A stretch of 44,598 bases of DNA, the filler included, from Catajapyx aquilonaris (taxonomy: Eukaryota): assembly GCA_000934665.2 (NCBI GenBank). It is 2 parts of 2 records of this genome, joined end to end, with 100 filler letters (N's around TTAATTAATTAA, not from the genome) between each part and the next. Parts side by side here need not be neighbours in the genome. Positions count along the whole stretch, not along the records: positions 22,359 to 44,598 come from JYFJ02005894.1; 1 more part is not named here. One strand, written 5' to 3'. Positions 36,331 to 44,598 of this stretch are shown in pieces. The notes beneath the pieces are model-generated. The model had not been told where the DNA came from. It ran no database searches and was given only the letters and a program-made list of their open reading frames with translations. The translations under genes were made by a program, and so were the position numbers. Every line of letters begins with the position of its first letter. The first letter of the stretch is position 1.

Positions 36331-37259
36331 AAATGACTGATCCTCCAAAGTGCAGTTGTCTTGTGACTTTAGTCACAGATTCATGTTGTGCAATTATAAT
36401 AATGTACTCTCTCTGGCTCTCTGGATAAATGGTGCATTTTTGGCGGCTTTGAAGTCACCTAATGGCGAATAAATGTGAGGCTTGTCGTTATTGTTCGGAC
36501 TTCATGTCATGTTGCGAATATTTCAGCAAAGGAATGGCGCGACAGGGCTTTGTAATTGCGTTTATAGGTTGGGCATCAATAATACTGGAATTATTTTTGT
36601 ACCAGTGCACTGTTGTCGGTGGAAAATAATTAAAAATCAACTTTTTTGAGTGTGCCAGTCTCTATTTGGATCACGTTCGTGTTCTCTGTCATTGAAAAAG
36701 TCGCTTTGGGAGAGGTCGATATAACTATGAATCTTCTAATAAATCACTCAACCTAAGCATATTCTGCGGTCCCGATCGTTGCCTTATAACACTCTATGTG
36801 ACTATACGTAATATCTTCTTCAACATTATTTATGGGTAGTTAAAACAACTACAGTGGTTATGCAGTAGCCAGCTCGATATCTGCTGAATATGACAGGACG
36901 GTTTATTCCTATTTGTACCACAAGATGGGTAAACACAATAACCTCTTGCCTCAGCATCATACAAAATAATGTGTGACGCCAGCTTGGCATGCACAAAGAA
37001 GTTACGAGTAACCCATACTAATTGGGTACACCCCGACCAGATTCGGGCTTCCGGTGGCCATAGCCAGTGTGAGGAAGCTTATAACTTTCGCCTGATTCTA
37101 TGGACACATAGTTTTACATACATTAAATTAAATTAATACATAAAATAATGCATACATATATTTAAAATTACTGCATATTACTTCCCCCTATGAATCAATA
37201 ATAGTTATTCGACTGGTGTGAGTGGTTCATTTCTCGACTTATTGTCACTTTAGTTTAGG

Positions 37260-37880
37260 AGTAATTGAGTTTCTGTAACCATAAACATCAATTTTTCACG
37301 ACTCTTTATGCTTTCTGCTGATGTCTGGTAGCGCAGATATTTATTTTCAGATTGACATATTCGATCTGGTGCCTTTTTCTGCATTTTTAGGATATTTTTG
37401 GCTGCTAAATGTTGGGAAAATGAAGATCTCGTTCTCTCATCAAGTGTGACTTCATTCACACATTTATGTTGTGCAATAAGGATATGTTCGCTATTCCTGT
37501 TAGGTTAAATGGTGGGTTTTTGTTGCTAATGGTGAATAAAGTACACATGAGGTTGATTATGTTCATGGAATTTGTAAGACAATATATATGCACCCACTTT
37601 TCTGTATATTTCTTTTGTATTCTCTCACATTAAGTGAAACATCAGGCTTACCACCACCAATGCTGAATACGTCTTTTCCGCCCCACTTTACCTGTAACCC
37701 ATAGATGCAACGTTCAACTGCATCCAGGAAAATAATACCCCTAGAACAGCCCGACTGAGTCGCCACGGTTCCTTTTATCCCCTTCATCGGTGGACTTGGC
37801 TGTTTTTGTATTTATTTATCTCAGACCCCTCAGTTGTGCGCATTGTCCGATTATATGTTGAACAGGATCAGGTCGTGATG
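37260..37880 (-). pseudogene. Decayed PR/SET copy
   Basis: SGCSRGIIF; KYLRYQTSAESIKSREKLMFMV resembles the SET C-terminal IYY.T.R.I..GEEL.V motif. Confidence 0.45.
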
Positions 37881-37978
37881 GTTTAATTTTCTTGTTCTTT
37901 GTTCAAATTGGGATAATCCGATTTTTAACTTTTTTGCTGATTTTAACACAAGGGATCAAGGCTCGCTTGGCAGACCTG

Positions 37979-38720
37979 ATGAGTAATATTCTGTTACACT
38001 ATCGTGATGTGACACCAATTCCACATCGTCCATTGCTGTCACTGATCTCCAGGAATGAAGACAGTCGCAGGAGTTGTTCGTGATTCGGTTCTTACTTACC
38101 GTACTTGTCATACCTCTGGGCTGCTGTGGAGCCGAGGTTTTGCAGAAAAGTTGTAGTGAATCCCATTCCTTTTCGTGTGTCAAGTTTCAGTAGTGTGCTT
38201 CTGTAAGCGGCTTGTCAATACACTGAAAGGAATTGACGCTTACGATTTAGGTCCTTCACTTTTTTAACTTGCTCAAGTAATAATAATAATAATTTTTCGT
38301 CCTCGTGCCTTAATTTGGGGCCATCGATTTTGATGAAGGGACACAAATAGGATTGAGTAAGAGTCCATCTGTACATTAATTCCTATTTTTCCAATGGTAT
38401 GAAGAAACGAGCAAGGATTACATAATGACCTTTTATCACTGTTATCGTTCGTCTTCGACATTTGAGACACCTTCACGGCATATTACTACGTTTTGTGGCT
38501 CATTTTGTACAATATTGATTCGCTGCAGTAGGTCTGCAGTTCTCCCACTGAACGCTTTCTGGTTTCTTAACTTCTGGTAACTTCAGACAGTGGCTATATA
38601 CAGTGTTGGTCATGCTTCATCATCTCATCTCTTTTCAGACTGACAGTCGATAGGAAGTCGCCTTTTGAGCGACAGTGAAGTAATTGCACGCGTTGCAGAA
38701 ACTTAATGCAGTCAAACAAC
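37979..38720 (+). pseudogene. Probable decayed PR/SET copy
   Basis: ATGAGTAAT start shared with 40190; eroded knuckle; CGAEV resembles CGAGIF at ~43287; aataaa at 38741. Confidence 0.3.
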
Positions 38721-39589
38721 CGTTATTGTAACATACAGTAAATAAAAAATGGAATACACGAATTGCGTTGAAAGGATTAGTTAGTACAGTACATATTGGT
38801 TTTTATGTCTTAAGTACATTGCATACTTGGAGTACGAGTATCATTTTATCTGAAGCGTCATGCACATTCCAGGGACAAAAATGAGCGGAAACTGTTGTTG
38901 TGAGTTAATGGGATATCTATCAGTTATTATTACTATTTCATATTGAAATGTCAGTATAGTTTTTCAAGCAAGAATAACTGCATCTCCACGTCAGAATATA
39001 TATTATCAATATGAGACTGCAGACTTTAAAAGAGGGTGTAAAGGGCTGACCAGCCAGTGCGGCTCTACAGCCTCTCGTACCCTATTTATTAACCAAGATA
39101 CAAGAGACTGCAGACTGGAAGTACTATAGATAAGACATGTTTTGCATGCATTCTAGGTCTATTTCAGGCAATTGTTCGTAGAAAGATTTGATAGATAGGC
39201 TGGTTGTGGTAACTTCCTTCCATATGTATTATGGCACATCGTCTCTATTTATGCCAATGTTTATGTTTATTTTAATGGTTTTCGTGGCTTGGTTCAGTCG
39301 AGGTTCTTCGACATGTGTCTCTCTTATCATACCTTATTAATATGTAACCTGGTTTGAAAAAGTGGATTTTCTGGATTCATGTTTAGGATGCAAAAATATA
39401 TGCAATGAAATATTCAGAGCAAATTTTGGTTGGCACTAATAATAATCTCTGTTTGGGCTTCCACCGTAAGTGCCGTAATTTTATTCGCTCATTGCGAAGG
39501 TGTGGGTAGTATGGTAATGATATCTGTCTAATAAAAAGTACAGTGTCAACGCTTTGCATAAAAGCTACGAAACAACCAAAAAGATAATG

Positions 39590-39750
39590 GAACATCGGCT
39601 GGATCCAAAGCCACTTTGATGGTGGCCAGAAAGGCGGCCACCGCTGGGTCCGGCCAACGAGGAAGTGAAGGTCAATGGGTGTGATGGTAAGATCCGCTTC
39701 GTTGTGCCCTCCTTGCTGCGTAGATGTGGACGATCACTATAACCACTTCA
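39590..39750 (+). pseudogene. SET-domain C-terminal remnant
   Basis: LMVARKAATAGS/ANEEVKVNGCDGKIRFVV..LRRCGRSL with one frameshift. Confidence 0.4.
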
Positions 39751-39909
39751 GTAGACGCAGATAAGAACGAGGTGAAATCCACCTTAGTGTCGAATTTACA
39801 GCACACAACACTGCATGCTCAGCTGCAACAGCCATATGCCTTCTCAATTTAAAAATGCCCTTTGGCGAGTACATAAAAAGTTAATGATTAAAATTGCACT
39901 TTGGTTAGC

Positions 39910-40137
39910 ACCTTGTCCAACATATAGTGGGACACTGGGTTAACAGTTGTGAACTATCAACTTTTCATGTAAAGTCATACCGATCTTGACGTCCGCTGAG
40001 GTCCTTGAATTCTTCAATTGGCAATTGCGATACTTAGCCTTCGGCGGCGCTTCTTCCTGAAAGTCCAGTGTGTGTACTCTACATGATGCATGTCCTTTCA
40101 GGCAGTCATGACACCCTTGTGTTTTTGATGCGGCCAT
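39910..40137 (-). pseudogene. Zinc-knuckle + PR/SET N-terminal copy
   Basis: aaaATGG start; CHDCLKGHASCRVH = C-x2-C-x6-C-x2-H; then LKNS......IG and PLYVG. Confidence 0.55.
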
Positions 40138-40189
40138 TTTTACTGTTTTCTCCTTTCATGGTATCGAGCTGACCTGAGTATGTGTCAAG

Positions 40190-40660
40190 ATGAGTAATGT
40201 GACTTCACTTTCCTTCATGTAGCTGAACAGGCAAGTTCTAACTGTACAATTGACCTTCTCTGTCTGTCCCGTTCCACATGTTAATCCATCATGTGACATA
40301 ATTATTGTAAATTGTGATGTTGCTTTGCTTCCAGAACCAGGCCTTCACAATCGTTTTCGTTGCCGACCCCAGAAAATCGTCTCGTAATATTCGCGACACC
40401 TAATTTCCTATTCAACCCTACCCCCTTCAGCAGTAGTCAATGACAATAGTCTCTAAATTAACACAATAATCTTGTCATTTACAGGCATATTTTTCCAGAG
40501 AGACAATAATTTTGTAAAGATACTTTGTTCCCCTACCTCGCGATCCCAAATGGGGTTCTTGTGGAACTGTTGTTTCATACTGACATCTGCACTTGGTGGA
40601 TAGGTATAGTCAACCATTTTTGGCCCATTTCGCAATGAACAGGGCAAATATTAGTGCCTT
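40190..40660 (+). pseudogene. Probable decayed PR/SET copy
   Basis: MSNVTS..PSC..NCTI; DNNFVKIL resembles NNFLRW at ~43518. Confidence 0.3.
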
Positions 40661-40989
40661 ATGGCCTCTTATGGCCCAGATTCGTCATTTATGCCGATGT
40701 TTGAGTTTCCAAAGGCCGCCCTGGGTGTAAAAGTAGATGAAAATAATATCATTGGAAGATTATAGTAATCAATTAAGTTAATAGACCACGTTATTAATGG
40801 TATTTTGCATTTATCATAATTTTTAATCGCAGATTTACCAATACCTCATGTGAAACCAGATCTTTTCTCCCTTATTAGTTTTCATGTGATCCGGAGTGTG
40901 AAATGAAGTGTCGAGCTCTCGTCACGACGATTATGCGGTAGATCAAGTAAGGAAATGACAGTATTTGTTAATTATGAAGTGATAAGCGC

Positions 40990-41340
40990 ATCAACAAGTG
41001 CAACAATACTGCCAGTCTTAATAGCTTTGTTGTATTTTGTGTATTGTGTAAGGGCTTAAAAGAGCAATAAACTCTTAATATCTGCTCGCCATTATGTGTG
41101 ACCTTTTCGCAAGTCCGAACGGGGCCAGTCGTCGTCTATTGTGAATGGACATGTCCAGATGAAGTTAGCGCTGCTCTTCTGTAGTCGTCCAGTGTATGTG
41201 TCAATGTTAATTTTTTGTCTTCCTGGCGTATTCTTTAACCCAAGTTGTGATTCCCAACTGGAAGAGGTCTGGGTGCTTCTCATACTGTGATGAACCCGGC
41301 AGGCCGGATTCGCCATAGATTATTCACCTGACATCGTCGC
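40990..41340 (-). pseudogene. Decayed zinc-knuckle + PR/SET copy
   Basis: ACRVH; SQLGL; DTYTGRL...FIW; DWPR; GEQILRVY; KAIKTG, in SET order with frameshifts. Confidence 0.55.
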
Positions 41341-41579
41341 ATCATGACCGCCTCTTCGAATAATTATAGTTTGTTTACTACTGACAATGAGAGGCGGATA
41401 AAAAATTAATTCTTGTGATTTTTCAGTTTTTATCTTGCGGTAGACACAGTCTTATGGTTTATGGTCACTGGGCCAATGAAGCCCCGGCATATTATGGCAT
41501 TGGTGGTACTTTCAGTGTCCTTTAATTTTTGTTCCTGTTTCACGTCAACAATTTGACCTTCGGGCTGCTGGGGATTTGA

Positions 41580-41990
41580 GAAGGAGTGACACAATTGCAC
41601 GCACTTGTTTATTACGTGCATGTATAATATCCTACAGAGTGAATATCTCCACAGGTTTCTACGTGAATGTACCTGATGCGAGCAAGTCAATTCAACCAAT
41701 CATATTTTGCGGTGAAATGACCACTTTACATTATCTGATAAGTGTTTCATTTTTGTCTTTCGCAGTTTATCCTATTTTCAAGGTGTTGGAGTCACCTACG
41801 ACGCCTATTATGAAGAGTATTAACAACGCCACCTATGAGAATAATCGGTAGTTAGTATTTATATCATTGTATCTCTCGGCGCAATGCAATTTCTTGTCGA
41901 ACCGATTGATGAGCTTGCTAAGAAAAAACTGTGCCATGAAAGTTAACACATTTATTGCCACCCAACGAAGCGAGCTATTAAATGGCAGGC
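41580..41990 (+). pseudogene. Probable decayed PR/SET copy
   Basis: STGFYV; IFCGEM; NNR*LVFI; QCNF; IATQRSELL. Confidence 0.35.
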
Positions 41991-42056
41991 TAGGGACAAG
42001 TTGGGAGTGCAAGAAGTAGGCCTACTGCAAAACAATGAGTTGGCATAGTCACTTAC

Positions 42057-43025
42057 CTAGGCAGGGTTTTCTGTTATTTGGTGGATCTTCCTGTTCTTGC
42101 GGAGCTCTTCTGTGTATATTGGTGATGGGGCACACTTGATGGTCGGAATTGCCCACCAAAGGGACCAACGTCGTCCTCTAATTCTAAGGTAGTGTAGGTG
42201 GCCCTTCCTCCTCTTGTTCCCCCTGCATCTGTTCTTCCTCCGTCGGGAGCTGGTTGATGGAGAGGCCGTGGTCCGAGTTTTGGTGGTGGTGGAATTTGTC
42301 GGTTCACCACAATCCAATGGTAGTTCATCAATATGAAGCCAATACTGTACATATTACGTATTATTTAGTTTGCTTTTAGGAGTTCTAAGAAAATGTAACT
42401 ATCGGATTGGCTTGTGGTCACATTTTCCTAACTGTGTTATTATCTTTTAAAAGTTGTCTTATAGTTATTTTTGCTTTTGCTCTGTTTTTTGGTGACATTC
42501 ATATATCCAACTTATCCATGTACTTTATCATTCCTATTTACATGGGAGTTAATAGAATTCACTACTTTGGGCCTAAAACATCCTCCTGCTTTCGAGCACT
42601 TGAAAAGACTGTTTTAACTCATATTTTAACCCCTTACTGGTACATGTCATATGTACTATGTATAGCTGTATTATACTATAAGAAATTATTGCGGATTTCT
42701 CAGAAACCTTAGCCAATTCTCCATTTTCATTGTCATATTCGTGTTAAGCACCTTGAAATTATTAAGAAATGGTACTTTAATTTCAGGTCCGTGACTTTTG
42801 TCAAAATTGGTTGTATTAAACTCCCTGGTTACCAAGTATCTTGCAATGTGGCATCACGTGCAATTTTTATCGTAAACCAAAACCAAAATAAAGCGATACC
42901 AGTCGTGTAGTCCGCTCAGGTACTTGTATTGGATTCTTTCAGTGGCAAGACTTGAGAGGCTTAACCCTTGCTGCTTCAAGCATGACTTGGTCATCGTGTC
43001 AGTCATGGCAGCCTTGGATTCCGAT
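42057..43025 (-). pseudogene. Decayed zinc-knuckle + PR/SET copy with a downstream low-complexity exon
   Basis: IQGCHD* at ~43020; ENWLRFLRNP at ~42692-42721 (PR-domain NW.R motif); exon ending ctag|gtaagt at 42057. Confidence 0.6.
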
Positions 43026-43129
43026 TGCTCTCCGGATTCGTCTCTTTCTGCTATGTCCCATCGTCCCCAACTGATACTTTCGGCTCTTTTATATCACTTT
43101 TGGTATTTCCAATATCATCGGTGAACTCA

Positions 43130-43880
43130 AGTGTGTCATGAAAGGCATTCAAAATCAGCAATTGAAGCCTCGGACAGTTGGCGATAGGTTTCATGGGGGN
43201 NNNNNNNNGGGGGTATTTCATCGTAGCTGTTTGAGAAAGGCTACTAATTTTTTCACGTCACTTATATGTACTTTCAAAATGTAATGTGTGGTGCAGGTAT
43301 TTTCAGTGTGACATTTTCGCTTTGTTACCAAGTGATGCCTGGATCGCCCTTGCAAGGCGTGACATTCTTGTATTCTTTCCGATACGACAGACCAGTAAAT
43401 GGAAATACAGTATTACCATCCCCGTTCCTGTTTGCGGTCCCTGAGTTTGTTCTCATTTGTACACAGACAATAGATTCCTCCACTTTTTGTCGCAGTCTGC
43501 TATAGTGCGAGGTTTGGAACAATTTCCTCCGCTGGTATCTTTTCTAATGCATTTCCTTCCAGGGATTCGGACGCAGGTGACCACTGACGGTATTATTGGT
43601 TACCTATTACTTTTGCACTGTAGTAATAGTGTAATTACTAATGTCAGTCCCTCAGTGGCGTTACATGTATTTCTTTGATGATTTGTCACTATTGCAATCG
43701 GTTGCAATGCTCCCTCATTACACTGACCCGGAGCAATTGAACTCATATGTCCTTGTAAATTTAAACGTAGATGCTTGATTGTATCCCTCTTTGCAGGTGG
43801 AGGTGCTCGTGGATCTGATTATTCATAACAGAACCCGGATTAATTATGTCGGTTACTGATCTACTCGTCTGAATGAGACT
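43130..43880 (+). pseudogene. Decayed PR/SET copy paralogous to 35633-36330
   Basis: VCHE; CGAGIFS; NNFLRW; TYYFCT; nucleotide similarity of 43639-43667 to 36189-36223 and of 43790-43878 to 36239-36325. Confidence 0.5.
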
Positions 43881-44598
43881 TCAGTTCCACACTCTTTTCC
43901 GGGTGCGTCCGCTTGGATTGCCTTAAGAGTTACTCCCTGAACTTTATCTAATACATATTTCAAGACCTATGTCTGGATGTCTGTCACCTAAACAGATCCA
44001 TACGGAGGCCTCCACATATGCCCCAGGGGTATCACCAGGGGTAGTTTTTTACCGGGAGTAACATAGGCACATTGGAATTCACCTCCGAGGTCATCCTTGG
44101 CCACAGGAGGCGAAAAGGACTTTGGAACACTCTTCTAATAATGAGCCATTGGCTGTAAACATCACCTGTCTTGGGTTACCGAGGCAACCACTGAATGCCC
44201 AAGGCCTTGAATCACCCCCTCCCACCTCCCCCTCCCCCCCACCTCCTGTCCCATGCACCCACCCTCCCACTCCCCCCCACCAACCCCGTTCCGTAATAAT
44301 TAACTGTCCATATTTCATTATATTACAAACACAACAAAAAAAACACGTTCCCACGGCAACGACATTCCATCGCGGTCTACAAGCAGTTCCATAATCTACA
44401 CCGGCGCATTAGCAAAAAAAAACCGCAACAATGAAGCCCTTGGAGACGACCTAAACACACTCGCTTATGCATGGGCAGCATAATTATGGGGATTCGACAT
44501 ATCTACGCTTCTGCGGCCGTACGGGCGCGAAAATGGTGCAATGGACACAGAAATTGCACCAAAAAATAGGACATGATCAGGCGCAGGGCACCTTCGGC

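Noticed and set aside
43325..43710. Minus-strand SET-like reading (GNTVFPFTG)
   Set aside because: The plus-strand reading is favoured by DNA similarity to 36185-36325; probably coincidental.

Overview
Eukaryotic (most likely arthropod, judged from the TPPP and SLC6 peptides) genomic DNA in two very different halves. They are joined by a 100-nt N spacer carrying an all-frame-stop TTAATTAATTAA linker (22259-22358), so adjacency is unproven. Left half (1-22258): five minus-strand internal exons of an SLC6 amino-acid/neurotransmitter transporter, including one GC-AG intron, buried in a deep nest of transposons (foldback MITEs, mariner, hAT, Harbinger, P-like, Kolobok, tRNA-derived SINEs, a gypsy RT scrap). 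Many TIRs and TSDs are directly readable. Right half (22359-44598): almost TE-free and built from compact genes. Two intact tandem 3-exon TPPP/p25 genes sit between two arrays of decayed genes that the ORF track does not show. One array holds about 6-7 shuffled minus-strand copies of a gene resembling the HUSH silencing factor TASOR (DUF3715, SPOC, PIN-like). The other holds about 10 diverged copies of a small zinc-knuckle + PR/SET (PRDM-type) gene, mostly as head-to-head pairs. UMPS (OPRTase) and TPPP pseudogene fragments are also present. The TASOR-like and PR/SET assignments come from manual translation and remembered family motifs and need HMM confirmation.
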